Shown piece by piece: positions 35,193-49,039 of a DNA stretch of 64,000 nt. This stretch comes from Veleropilina oligotropha. Taxonomy: Eukaryota. Both the position numbers and the translations under genes were made by a program. The DNA lies in NCBI GenBank assembly GCA_048128005.1, contig JBEUKZ010000115.1:434001-498000 (forward strand), in the 5' to 3' direction. How positions within the stretch are numbered: the stretch's first letter is position 1; each line of letters opens with the position of its first letter. Under the pieces are notes generated by a model. That model ran no database searches, was not told where the DNA came from, and worked only from the letters and a program-made list of their open reading frames with translations.

Positions 35193-36075
35193 TAACAAGA
35201 AGACAAAGCCATCAATATCCCCGCAATGGTACATTCACAATAATTACTATATATATGCTGTATGTTCTTGAAACAATATCGTTGATTTAAATAATAACAA
35301 GGGCAATAACTCTGTCATTAATCATGATGCCACATGAAAATTATGAAAAGGCACCAGTTAACCAACTACTGAGTACACCCACCAAGTTTCGTAATGATAC
35401 GTCAAGGACTGTATGAGATATAGTCGGGAATAACAAAATTAAAGCAAGGGAAATAACTCTGTGAATATTTATTAACAAAAGGCACCAGTTAAACAAATTT
35501 AATACACCCACCAAATTGCATAAAGTTATGCCAAGTGGTTTATGAGATATACGCTTCGGGAAGGAGAACAGTAACAAATTAACAACAAGGGCAATAACTC
35601 TGTTTATGATCACCACACAACGTTGCAACTAGCAAAAGGCACCAGACTACTTTATATACCTAGAAAGTTTCGTAGAGTGGTGTATGAGCTATGCTCCAGA
35701 AACGAGAACATTTTAACGGATTTAGAACAAGGGAAATAAGTCTGATAATGATCGCCGCACAACGTCGAAACTAGCAAAAGGCACCAGTTCACTGACTACT
35801 GAATACATCCAGCAGTTTCGTAAAGTTATGTCAAGCGGTGTATGAGCTACGCTCCGGAAAAGATAACATTAACGAATTTAGAACAAGGGAAATAACTCTG
35901 TTAATAATCGCGAAACTAGCAAAAGCCACCAGTTCACTGAGTACTTAATATACCCAGGAAGTTTCTAAAAGTTATGTCGCGCGGTGTACGAGATATGCGC
36001 CGGAAAAGATAATTTGCACGAACGGACGGACGGTCTGCATTTTAATATCCCCAATTTTTTGGCAGGGGATAATAA
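35193..36075 (-). mobile_element. Helentron-like non-autonomous element with internal degenerate tandem repeats
   Basis: On the - strand begins TTATTATCCCC..GGGGATAT with (TCCG)n and ends TCTTGTT; internal units share aacaagggcaataactctgt / aaaggcaccag. Confidence 0.55.
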
Positions 36076-36905
36076 ATATTTAAAGTATACATGTACATAT
36101 TTTTGAAATTCCAGCTAGTACCAGATTAAATACCCAAATTCAACATCGGTAGCGGTTACGGGCCATTCCTACTAGAATGTTCTCTAGTTTTTAGATGATT
36201 TTAATAAACCCATTTTTAGTGTAGGAAAGTATCCTGTGGTCTAACTGACAATATGGTTACCGTAGCTAAACCACTGGCCAAGACTATAAAATGACGGCAA
36301 CCTCTGCCTGTCTTGTTTATGTTGAGATGTTCGAGGCGAGGGATTGTTGCGATGTAAATTATATTGGAGGATAGGGATTGTTATTTTGGCATGCTTGTAC
36401 ATGTATCGTGAAATATTTTATATCCCTCTGTTTTTGTTGTTTAATCAGCGAAGCCCGTGCAGTTAAACAATCGTGGTCTAACTGCAAGCTTCTCCAATTA
36501 GACATCCAAACTTCGTGATATACCCCACACAAAACTACATTATAGTATCATTTTATTGTCATAATCTTAAGTATCGGCCACAATATAACGAAGTCAGAGC
36601 GAAACATTTACCCTTACAAAAACATATGATCAACATACAATATAATGTAGAATTTGAGGAGGAACACAATGGTTCTAACCAGTTATGGTACGATAAAACA
36701 CTTTAACGTTAGAGCATAAAAACCTGAAATTGCTTAATAAAACTCTGATTCGTGTTCTGAAAGAGCCACAGGCGGCACCCAAATTGGAAAAAAGCCCAAC
36801 CGTCGGGGAGAAAATGTAATAATAATTGCAAGAGCTGTGCCCCTAACATGTAATAATAAGTTATAACATGCAGCGTAAAATTAATATAACACAGAGAATA
36901 AAATT

Positions 36906-37944
36906 CTAATGAGAATATTGAAATAAATCGTCAGCATCTTTCAGGAGCAGATAATCCACAATTCGGTTTGGCAACGACATGCACTGTATTTTTGTCGCTG
37001 GGTGGTAGCCCAATGATTTCCTCACACTAATACGACACAGATTCTGCAACGTTCTGGGATTTTGTAATACGTCACACAGCCAGTCGTAAAATGCAGAAGG
37101 ATACGTTTTCAAATTGTCTCGATTAACAATCCATTGGCTGTCAGACACACAACATCCCCCAATGAAAATCAATTTAGCCAGTCTGATGTTGAGCTGATGA
37201 GTTGCCATTTCAAATAAGGAATGACTCTTCTGCCATTCTGGGAAGACACTGCGTACTTCTACATTGCATCCGACTTTCATTAGAAGTTTTACTGCAGCCG
37301 CATTATTAGATTCCACTGCATAAAATAGTGCGGTCAGATTGAAACGATCGTGCAGGTCGGGACTACAGCCAGCGTCCAGCAGCAGCTGCAGGCAGCGGAA
37401 GCCATTCACCTTTCCCAGCTGGTGGTAGGACGTCTTCATGGAATGATGCAGCGCTGTTGAGCCATCTGAAGACGACTTATACATGTCGCAGCCCGCTGCC
37501 AGAAGCACTTCAAGGGCGTTAAACTTCCCCACTTGAGCAGCGACCATTAGAGGCGTGATGCCGTTATTTGCACGTGGGTCGAGAATCAACTGTGGTTCCT
37601 TGAGGAGCCTCTTTATGCTGTCTACTCGATCGTTGAGCACCGCCACATGCAGCACGCTCTCAAGTGATGCCGTCTTGTAGTTGACGTCGGCGTGAGCCGT
37701 GATCAGGTAGCCCATGGCGTCGACGTGGCCCTGGCGCGCGGCCTTCATCAGCGCAGACTCCTCGTACATCAAGTCCTGGGCGTCCACGTCGATGCCGCTC
37801 TCGATGAACGCCCTGAGACACCTGATGCTCGAGATCTGAGCAGCGTGCATCAGTCCGCACAGGAGCGCCATGTTGTCCACGCGGGAACCCTTCAGGATCT
37901 TCTTCAACTTTTTTTCATCGTCATATTTTACGGCTGCTGAAATC
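36906..37944 (-). CDS. Ankyrin repeat and SOCS box protein (ASB-like), main exon
   Basis: About 6 ankyrin repeats (SALMKAA..GH, TPLMVAA, TALHH, TALFYAV) and C-terminal SOCS box PRTLQNLCRISVRKSLG...LPNRIVDYL; TTGCAG acceptor at 37945-37950. Orthology to a numbered ASB not assignable. Confidence 0.9.
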
Positions 37945-38073
37945 CTGCAACAGAAAGTACAAAAATATTTAGACTTATTTATTAATATTAAAATTTACAT
38001 TGTATAATAATATAATCGACTAATTTTATGACCACATTTTAATTATTTATCAGTGGTATTGTTATGATTGTAC

Positions 38074-38235
38074 TTGGATTGCCAGTTTAATATCTATATC
38101 TGATCAGATGGTTGTCAACAGCACCTGTTGGATTGCCAGTTTAATATCTATATCTGATCAGATGGTTGTCAACAGCACCTGTTGGATTGCCGGTTTAATA
38201 TCTCTATATGATCAGATGGTTGTCAACAGCACCTG
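38074..38235. repeat. 54-bp tandem repeat x3 (intronic)
   Basis: ttggattgccagtttaatatctatatctgatcagatggttgtcaacagcacctg. Confidence 0.9.
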
Positions 38236-38338
38236 GGCAGTTTTCTGCATGGTCAGTGTCACCGATCTAATCTGACACTCAAAGTTTCTTAATTTCATCT
38301 GTAAAGTGATTGCTTCATAGGCTAACTAACTAACTAAC

Positions 38339-38349
38339 CTGGAATCCAT
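38339..38349 (-). CDS. ASB-like gene, putative start-codon exon (MDS-R)
   Basis: ATGGATTCCAG|GTTAGT, phase 2 matches the main exon giving MDSRISAAVKYDDEKKLKK, 349 aa; in-frame stop upstream; TAG acceptor at 38424-38422 implies an upstream UTR exon. Confidence 0.6.
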
Positions 38350-39129
38350 GAAGATCAGCTTGGATCTCGGTCATCAGTCAGATCACGTATTCAAGATGCT
38401 ACAGATCGGTGTCCATGCACCCTACAACATAAATGCAATCTTTAGCCACACATACTAGTAATCAAGTCAATAATTTAACCTTATAAGCACACAGCAAAAT
38501 GGGATATGTTCAGCGGCCAGGGGTGTCAATAATAGGCGGGTTCTGGGTATTTTACCTGCCAGTGTGTACCTTGCCGACATTATCTCATCACCTTGTTTTA
38601 TTACCGGTAGTAGTAAATGATGTATTGGCCAAAATTTACCTGCCTGTCGGACAATTCAATTCAATTTGTTAGCACCAGATCTATATACATATAGATATAG
38701 CTAAACAATAAAACAAGGAATACATATAAAGAAACAATTTAAAGCAAGTTTACACTGTTATTATTATTATTATTTAATGCATTTATAATGTGCCTATTCT
38801 AGTGTAGCTCTAAGCGCAGTACAAACTATAACTAATATTACAGTACACTGTACATAAGAATATACAGGAGAGACATCAATGATACATACTATTAATGCAA
38901 TAAGCAATAATAATAAACAGAAGATTTTTTCGTTGAGTATTTTCAATTTTATTAATTTTTTACAAGCGCAATCAGACAAAGAGGTGAAGCAGCCACCAGC
39001 ATGAGCTTCAACCAACTTTGAATGATACATGTGATGAATGCTATAAGCAATAACAATAAACAGATGTGAATCAGCCATTACTGTCCTCCACTACTATGAT
39101 GTCAGCTGAATTGTTAGTGAGATTTGATC

Positions 39130-40620
39130 AGGTTGGCATATATACATCAGCAAATAGGTGTGTTTTCAACGTCTTCCGAAAACTTGTCTGAGATGTGCTT
39201 TCCTTTACTTTAGATGGGAGATTGTTCCAGAGTTATGGGGTATTGTTGATAAATGCTCTATCGCCATATTTATTCATTGTTCTATTCTCTGTCAACTGTT
39301 GTAATTGCTGTGACCTAAGTGCTCTAATAGTAATAGGTCGATATTGAGCCAGAAGTTCAATAATATATCCACGTGCTTTTCCTTGAAGAGAATTGTAAAC
39401 GAATGTAAGAATTTTGAAGATAATCCATTTCTCAACAGGGAGCCAGTGTATGTTATATAGCAGAAGGGTTGCATGGTCCCTTGGCTGGGCAAGTAAAATC
39501 AGCCTGGAAGTAAACTGTTGGACTAATCAAGGCGAGATATGACATATGCATGCACAAGAAGCTTCGTTGCATCTGGTGTTAAAAACGACAGATGCGTCTG
39601 ATGTTTCTTAGAAAGAATAATGAGCATTTAACTTTATCAGAGACAAATTTCTCCATCGACATAGTGTTGTCGAAGTAAGCGCCCAAATTTCTTACAAAAT
39701 TCGCTGGAGTTTATTTCAGTTTCACCAACTTGTAAGTTTACATCTCGGACCTTTGTGATGTTACTTCTTGAGCCAAATTTAATAAACTCAGTTTTATCAT
39801 CATTGAGTTTCAGCATGTTTGTGCACATCCAGTGTTTGACTCTGAAAAACAGCTCTCCAATATGTCTAGGCTTGCCTTGAAGGAGCTTTTGGGATCAAGT
39901 GCAACATATATTTGACTGACATCTGCGTAGAAATGATAGGACAGATTATATTTGGAGGCAATCTCTGCTACGGGTGTGACATACATCGAAAACAGAATTG
40001 GACCTAAGACAGAACCTTGTGGCACACCGTAACGGAGAGAGGCAGGGTCACATTTCATGCCGTTTATGACGACGGTTTGTTTTCGCTCATGTAGATATGA
40101 CTTGATCCATGTAAGCGCTGATTGCTTGATTCCAAAGTAGGCGTTCGGGCGGTTAAACAGAATTTGGTGGTCAATTGTACCGAAAGCTGCACTCAGGTCA
40201 AGGAAGGCGAGAGCAACCATTGATTTCTGATGTAGAGATTGAAGTATGTCATTCTGAACCTTTAAAAGGGCTGTTTCTGTGGAGTGAAACATGCGATATG
40301 CTGATTGGTATTTGTCAAAAGCATGTGATTTTTCAAGTGAGAATTTAATCGAATTGGTACAACACGTTCCACAAGTTTTGAAACAAAACTTAGATTAGAA
40401 ACCGGTCGATAATTTTTCAGATTATTTTGATCCAAATTGGCCTTTTTCAGTACGGGCTTTGCCAATGCGCTCTTGAAATTTTCTGGAACTTCTGCATTGG
40501 ATAATGACATGTTGACAAGCCGCGTCAAAATTGGCAACAATTCATCTGAACATGCTTTCAGCATCCATGATGGTAGAGGGTCGAGTGGGCACGTAGATGA
40601 TGATGACCTCATAATGTTAT
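39130..40620 (-). mobile_element. Decayed L2-type LINE reverse transcriptase
   Basis: CPLDPLPSW, NYRPVSNL, HSTETALL, DLSAAF, GVPQGSVLGP, FYAD, LKLNDDKTE with frameshifts. Confidence 0.9.
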
Positions 40621-42384
40621 AAGTAAAATACACACTTATGCCTACTGAGTGTGTTCTGCCATAAGATTAGAATATAATTCAAGTAGTGAAGTAGGCCCAC
40701 ATAAAGACCCTCCTATTGTTTTTCTTATTGAAACCCCTGTCAGCTCCATCCGATTTCGTAGAGTTTTAGCCGTGAAACTTGAAAGTAATGATCATCAAGA
40801 CGCAATTTCATAGCATCATTTACTTATATTGCCTCTCATATTCAGAGTCATAATCATATACTTACATTTGCTCGATTTTTGTTATTTAACTGCAAAAAAC
40901 GATTTTCAAAATTGTATATCTCAATCCGGATAATATTATCCCGAAAAGTGACTTCTCCTACCCGATCATGTTTCAATGTTTGAAATTGTTTGTACATCGG
41001 CATTACTTGTCAACGGCAACTAAGTATTAAAAATTAAAACATATGAAGTACTTCGCATAAGTAATGGCCAGATATATAGTATTATAACGATTAACGGTAT
41101 AACATACGAGTCGGGGATGATCGATGTGTCTAAATCCGAAAATAGCATCTAACATAGTTTTGATCACTCTTGAAACTGGCTACCATTTTGGTACATAATA
41201 TTATCACTGTAGTTAACTAGTTCCAAACCGGGTAACTTTCTACCATGAATCACAGGCAGTTCGCCTCGTGTTGAAATTATTCGACGTGGCCCCACGCGAA
41301 AGAAAATTTTGACAATCAACAGCCTGAAACCCTCTCATGCACTCTTCATTCTAACTTAATATGTCGTAGGTGCTACCTAGAAACGAGCACTCAGATATGG
41401 CATATATATGATACATATAATTATTAAAACTAATTACCGGGTACAAAGTTTAAACTAATATTTAATTTTGTTATTAAAAATTTAATAATAAATTATTAAT
41501 TCTTTCAACTAGTTTATTGACATAATTGTATTGCCACTATTGGCTCGATGTATCCCGAACTTTGACCGCTCCATGGTCTTAGTTTTATGTTATGGTAAAA
41601 CTTATATTGTAACTTGAGGAGCGATGTAGTGGGTTGCAACGATATGCTTTGTAACGGATATTTTATTTATGTGCACCGGTGAAATTACTTGTATTGCGCA
41701 CCGCCTAGTCTACACACAGACACTATGCCTATGTTATCGAAGCGAGGGAAACGGCGTACGGCTCGAAGCGCACATGGCTGTGGCTCGTCCATTTAAAGTA
41801 TTTGTTTAGTATATTACGTTCGTTACTTATTCATATAAGGTACACAACACTCTCTTAGTTTGAATCGATCGGTAAACTCCGCGAATTTACCGAATCATTT
41901 TCTCGTTGCCAAGACGACACTGGCGAATTCAAGGCAAAGACGTCACCGCTAACGGATATCCGAGACTTGGCTTTAAAACTTCAGCTGAATTCAATATTTA
42001 TGACAGGCGCTGCGCGCCTGTCATATGCATGTTTAATGTGGAAGCGCTTCGCGTTTGACACGCTTGACAAATAAATAAAATGTTGACCCATAAGGAAAAG
42101 CCCCATATCAACGTTAAACGATCCCAGCATGCAACCCGTTTCCGTCCAAATAATCTGAAAGGTAAGGGTACACTAGATTTGGTTGATCATTGATTTTTTT
42201 CTACACACACGTTACCTATAGAGCTCACACTTCGTGCTCGCTATTATGAACTACCGTAGTCACTCAAATAGCACGAGTCAAATTTTTATTTTATTTTGTC
42301 ATAATCGAGGCCCCACGCGCAAGAAAATTTTGACAATTAACGGTGTGAAATCCCCCTCTACGGTGGCTCATAAGTGACATACTT

Positions 42385-42561
42385 ATTTTATTTCTTTTTG
42401 CATTATTTTTTCTTTTTGAATTATTTTTTTTCTTTTTGCGTTATTTTTTTCTTTACGCGTTAATATTTTTCTTTTTGCATTTTTTTATCTTTTTGCATTA
42501 TTTTTTTTCTTTATGCGTTTTTTTTCTTTTTGCATTATTTTTTTCTTTATGCATTAATATT
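42385..42561. repeat. T-rich degenerate tandem repeat, left part
   Basis: Units like TTTTTCTTTTTGCATTA; continues at 46514-46762 after the Academ insertion. Confidence 0.8.
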
Positions 42562-43704
42562 TAGTGGGGCGGATATGTGAAAAAGTAGTGCACTTCCGGC
42601 AGAAAGCATGACATTTTGTATATAAGGGTTTTGGGGTATGCTGAATCCATAGCGATCAGGAGACAAGTCGTAAAATGAGTGCTTCCCATTCAAAATGGCC
42701 GATTTCAAAATGGCCGCCACAAAAATCGCGAAAATTCATAAAGCTTGCAAATGGGTGACCGAAATAGCACAGAATGTTTATTTTATTGTTTATTTAATGA
42801 GTATGACCTGTAAGCTATTGACTAGGATCAAAATATTAACATTTGGGATATTTCTAATTAGCGAAAATCCAAGATGGCCGCCAAATTTGGGATTTAAAAG
42901 GGGTGGTTTGTAATTTGTTAACCAATTGACATTAAGCAAGCTTTCTTGGGGGCTAACCAAACGTTTGGCCAGAGAGTGAACTCTGCACTAGTCAACAGAA
43001 TCAAAATAATAATATTTGGGATATTTCTAATTAACAGAAATCCAAGATGGCCGCCAAATTTGAGATTAACAAAAATGTGGCTTGTCATTTTTTAACTGAT
43101 TGACATAAAAAAGCCTTCTTAAGGGCTAACCAAACGTTTTGTCAGAGAGTGAGCTCTACACTAGTCAATATAATCAAGCTATTAACATTTGAGATATTTC
43201 TAATCAACGAAAATCCAAGATGGCCGCCAAATTTGGGAAACCGTTACTTTCCGAGCAATCAAATTCAATAATCCGTTAGACAAATTCGTAATCCAGGGAC
43301 AGACAAAATCGGTGAAAGTCCAAAACACATTGATGGCAGCGAACCCGCCATACGGAGAGTGGGGTCACGTGGGTAATCACCCCTGTTTCGCATGCGACAC
43401 CCATCACTGCATCAGACTATGTTATTCTACACAAAAGCTCCACAATAATCAGTACAAATAGTGTATAGTGGACAAAGGTATGCTAATGACGTCATGGTCA
43501 GCACGGTCTCAATCTGGCCTTGACTGAGGCATGTAATTCGCGGAATAGGATTGGATATATAAAACAAAAACAAGGAAAATGACATCAACCTGAAACAATG
43601 AGCCGTGATGCATATTATTTGGAATCACTTGACATAACAAAATGACAATTGGGTTATTCGATACCAATTATGGAATACTAGAAGATCGGTGTTATACTGT
43701 TTCA

Positions 43705-44754
43705 CTAATTGGTACATTGTCCAGCACAAAAACATAACTGAGTACATGGAAGGTTTGATTTGGAGCATTTACATCGTCCGGTACAGTTCTTTTTGCACTG
43801 GCATTTTATTAATTCACGGCATGCCTTTGATGCTTCGGGGAGAGAAGTCCACACAGGCGTCCAAATGTCATCAACCTCTCGTTTCCAGCCCCATGCTTGT
43901 GGTGATGGTAAAGTTGGATTTGCTACGAACATCTGTCCCCAAATATGACCAGCCTGGTAGGCAGCACGCTGTATATGCTGCTGAAGAGCTCCATGTGTTG
44001 GGGGTATATTTTGGAGCTTACGATTGCCGTACGCAAAGAGGTGTTTACGAGCCTCATTCACAGAATTCAATGATGAAGTACGACTGTACAAAAGCACAAC
44101 ATACCTCTCCAGTTGGTCCATGTCATTCTGTGATACTACACTGGGCGCATGAGACAGCTTTTTAAAAAGAGGTGCAAGCTGTGGAAGTGACCTCCAAACA
44201 TCCCATGCTGTCTTCTTTCCTATTCCGTGAAGGAACGAAACGGTATCACAACCCGACACAGCATGTAGAAAGAGCAATCCCCACGACCAGTCAGTTCCCA
44301 AATGAGCTGCAATTGCGTGAGCTGAAATGTACCGAAACTTTGTACCGTGACCAAAAGCCAACCACAAAGTACAACCAGTCATAGCACTGGCTGCTGCAAC
44401 AGCTAAAACCAGAACATCGGTATCAGTTGCCTGAATTAGAAAATGCCGGAATCCCTGATGGTAACCATGCGCTACATGTAGCAGCATTCTGTAGTCTGCC
44501 TCTTCATGAGTACAAGGTTGAAGAGTTGATACATCCGATGGAGTTGAGGAGACAATATTCTCGCATTCCGTGGAAAGCAAGATTTTGCCTTCTGGAACAT
44601 TAGCCGATTTTATCACGTTCGCCAGAAAAGAAAACAGGGCTGTTTTGTTTGAGTCGACTCGAAGGAAGGACTTCCAGTTTGCAGGCATGACGGTATTACC
44701 AGCAACGCGGAGTGCTACGCCTTCACCCCGGTTCTGTCTCACGTGACTTTTCAA
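43705..44754 (-). pseudogene. 5'-truncated Academ-type ORF: XPG/PIN-like nuclease and Cys-rich CXC C-terminus
   Basis: HEEADYRM, ATDTDVLVL, SGCDTVS...GIGKKTAW, CQCKKNCTGRCKC....PCTQLCFC. Confidence 0.8.
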
Positions 44755-44762
44755 GCTATCGT

Positions 44763-45360
44763 TTTGGGAACTGACTGGTCGTGGGGATTGCTCTTTCTAC
44801 ATGCTGTGTCGGGTTGTGATACCGTTTCGTTCCTTCACGGAATAGGAAAGAAGACAGCATGGGATGTTTGGAGGTCACTTCCACAGCTTGCACCTCTTTT
44901 TAAAAAGCTGTCTCATGCGCCCAGTGTAGTATCACAGAATGACATGGACCAACTGGAGAGGTATGTTGTGCTTTTGTACAGTCGTACTTCATCATTGAAT
45001 TCTGTGAATGAGGCTCGTAAACACCTCTTTGCGTACGGCAATCGTAAGCTCCAAAATATACCCCCAACACATGGAGCTCTTCAGCAGCATATACAGCGTG
45101 CTGCCTACCAGGCTGGTCATATTTGGGGACAGATGTTCGTAGCAAATCCAACTTTACCATCACCACAAGCATGGGGCTGGAAACGAGAGGTTGATGACAT
45201 TTGGACGCCTGTGTGGACTTCTCTCCCCGAAGCATCAAAGGCATGCCGTGAATTAATAAAATGCCAGTGCAAAAAGAACTGTACCGGACGATGTAAATGC
45301 TCCAAATCAAACCTTCCATGTACTCAGTTATGTTTTTGTGCTGGACAATGTACCAATTAG
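44763..45360 (+). pseudogene. Inverted duplicate of the C-terminal part of the same ORF
   Basis: Identical translation from LGTDWSWG to CAGQCTN. Confidence 0.8.
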
Positions 45361-46513
45361 TGAAACAGTATAACACCGATCTTCTAGTATTCCATAATTG
45401 GTATCGAATAACCCAATTGTCATTTTGTTATGTCAAGTGATTCCAAATAATATGCATCACGGCTCATTGTTTCAGGTTGATGTCATTTTCCTTGTTTTTG
45501 TTTTATATATCCAATCCTATTCCGCGAATTACATGCCTCAGTCAAGGCCAGATTGAGACCGTGCTGACCATGACGTCATTAGCATACCTTTGTCCACTAT
45601 ACACTATTTGTACTGATTATTGTGGAGCTTTTGTGTAGAATAACATAGTCTGATGCAGTGATGGGTGTCGCATGCGAAACAGGGGTGATTACCCACGTGA
45701 CCCCACTCTCCGTATGGCGGGTTCGCTGCCATCAATGTGTTTTGGACTTTCACCGATTTTGTCTGTCCCTGGATTACGAATTTGTCTAACGGATTATTGA
45801 ATTTGATTGCTCGGAAAGTAACGGTTTCCCAAATTTGGCGGCCATCTTGGATTTTCGTTGATTAGAAATATCTCAAATGTTAATAGCTTGATTATATTGA
45901 CTAGTGTAGAGCTCACTCTCTGACAAAACGTTTGGTTAGCCCTTAAGAAGGCTTTTTTATGTCAATCAGTTAAAAAATGACAAGCCACATTTTTGTTAAT
46001 CTCAAATTTGGCGGCCATCTTGGATTTCTGTTAATTAGAAATATCCCAAATATTATTATTTTGATTCTGTTGACTAGTGCAGAGTTCACTCTCTGGCCAA
46101 ACGTTTGGTTAGCCCCCAAGAAAGCTTGCTTAATGTCAATTGGTTAACAAATTACAAACCACCCCTTTTAAATCCCAAATTTGGCGGCCATCTTGGATTT
46201 TCGCTAATTAGAAATATCCCAAATGTTAATATTTTGATCCTAGTCAATAGCTTACAGGTCATACTCATTAAATAAACAATAAAATAAACATTCTGTGCTA
46301 TTTCGGTCACCCATTTGCAAGCTTTATGAATTTTCGCGATTTTTGTGGCGGCCATTTTGAAATCGGCCATTTTGAATGGGAAGCACTCATTTTACGACTT
46401 GTCTCCTGATCGCTATGGATTCAGCATACCCAAAAACCCTTATATACGAAATTTCATGCTTTCTGCCGGAAGTGCACTACTCTGGTGTAATATGTCACAT
46501 ATCCGCCCCACTA

Positions 46514-46762
46514 ATTTATCTTTTTTCATTATTTTTTTTCTTTTTGCATTATTTTTTTCTTGATGCATTAATATTTTTCTTTTTGATTATTTTTTTTCTT
46601 TTTCTTTTTGCATAATTTTTTTCTTCATGCATTATTTTTTTTCTTTTTGCATTATTTTTTTTCTTTATGCATTAATATTTTTCTTGCATTATTTTTTTTC
46701 TTTTTGCATTATTTTTTTTCTTTATGCATTAATATTTTTCTTTTTGCATTATTTTTTTCTTA
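46514..46762. repeat. T-rich degenerate tandem repeat, right part
   Basis: Same unit as 42385-42561. Confidence 0.8.
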
Positions 46763-48758
46763 TTGTACTTCAAAGCAAAAGGGGGCAGCATCCACATTGT
46801 TGAAGCAGTTAGTGTATTAATCGAAGATGTGCGTTCAAACACTTATCATGTATGCTTCCTAATAACATCCGTAATATGTTCGATGCATTTTGTCTATTGC
46901 AACTCTTTTATCAGTAACAGGTAGGTGCTCATTCTAAATTTCAAGTTCATTGTTCACACAAAGACAGTTTTATACATTGGTAGTGTTACTATATTAATCT
47001 GGATAACGAGACAATGCATAGATTAAAGTAAGAAAAAGCCATATGCCTATATTATTAAATTTCGTTAGGTAAGGGACTGGTCATTTATTACAGGGAGATG
47101 GGCCGGTGAAAATGGGGGGGGGGGGGGCTAATGAAAAAGCTTTAGCAGTGGGTTATGAAGATAATGCACATTGTGTTTGTTTTTTGGTGGGAGGAGTCAT
47201 GATAATTTTACACAACTTCTTATAATACTCGGAATGCTGGAGAGGATGTTTCACACTGTTTATTGTCCAAAATATTTCCCGCGTGGGCCCCTTTCGGGTG
47301 CAAATAGTTGATCACACATTGTGGAGGTTGGACCCTGCCTCTTCTCAAAATGACACAGGTATTAGGGACGAATCGTGATAAAAAGGTGCTTGATGTGTGT
47401 CATGAAAAAACCACACAACGTTTTTTAATACGGATTGGTGAAAATGTTTCATAAATGTTGACAAAAATACCACGTGTGCACTATATGAATGCATTGGAGG
47501 ATGTTCCACACTATTTATTTTCCCGATTGGCCTCAAATAACAAATTGTAAAGGTTGGACCATACCCTTATCAAAATGGCATAGGCTTTAGGATGGGTCAT
47601 AAAACAGTGTTTGGTGCTGTGGCATGAAAAAATTAAACAACGGTTTGCAATACTCATTAACTTGATAATAATTAATAAATGTTAGTGGTAAGAAATACCA
47701 ACTTTGCACTCTCAGAATGCAGGACACCGGGTTTCATACAGCTCATTGTTTAAATTTACCCACGCGTGGGGTTGAGGTCCCACACAAACAGACAGTTCAT
47801 AACAAATTGTAACAGTTGGACCACTTTCAAAATGACAACGGCTATTGCTCATACAGTTTAGTGAAAATGACCTATAAGTGTGTGGCAATAAATATATCGG
47901 TTTGCACTCTCAAAATGCACAAAAGGGGTTCACACTATTCCACCGGTCCACTCACACCTATAATAAATGGCCAGTACCAAATACAGATTGTTCGCCAAAG
48001 TATTATTATAATATAGTGTGGCTTGCATTTATAATAAATGAGAGGCAACGGTCATAGTGGCAATTACCCTTTTAACATTGATACGTGATTGGTTGGTCGG
48101 CAACCTTGTTTTACGACAATTTTGGTAATTTTTCAACCTTAATGCAGTCGGAACACCCGGTTCAAGGACACACTCTGATCCGACCGACATACATTAGGGA
48201 TATGCCTTCTATTAGTTTAAGCCTTAGACTAAGTCAGGCCGGATCGAGGTTTGAATTCAAAACATACTGTCCCACTGTGACTTAACGTTTTCCCGACGCT
48301 CTAATAGCCAGTTGAGCTATCGAGGACATTTATTTATACGTGGTCTCGAAGATACGAAACAGTGATGTGATAACCATACTATATATAATATTTAATATAT
48401 AAAATTGCGGTAATGAAATTATAATAGCAGTAACTGATATTTAACTTTATTCTACTCCGACGAATTCTAAACTAATTTATTTCAACTATGCATGTTAGTT
48501 ATGATAAGAGCACTACTACGCGTAACGATGGTTTGACCTTTTTTAGGTCTACATCGTTGCCAGGAAACTTAAAAATAACGCGGCATGCACATTATTGACT
48601 TCATATAAATATACCAACTTCATCATCGGCATGTGATCATTAATCACCAACTCATCACTAACTAGTGCTCATATGTAGCGGGCAAAAGATGTTGAAAGAC
48701 GTTATTACAACGTTGTACCAACGTCTATGACGTCTTCCAACGTTGTAACAACGTCTTT

Positions 48759-48893
<135 letters not shown>

Positions 48894-49039
48894 TAATTAA
48901 TTAATTAATTATATAGTTCATTGCTTATAATTATTATCTAATTATAATAGCATATATATATATAATGAAGTTTATTTAAGTTATTGCTCAAGATTACTGT
49001 ATATCATCTGGACTTCAAATGGCGCAGCAGTATTTACCC

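Larger units (their letters stand above)
42562..46513. mobile_element. Palindromic Academ-type DNA transposon derivative (two 3' ends head to head)
   Basis: TAG...CTA termini, 3-bp TSD ATT, arms about 42562-44302 and 44763-46513 nearly identical in inverted orientation. Confidence 0.85.

Noticed and set aside
46345..46820. Phe-rich membrane-protein-like ORFs
   Set aside because: Translation of T-rich simple repeats.
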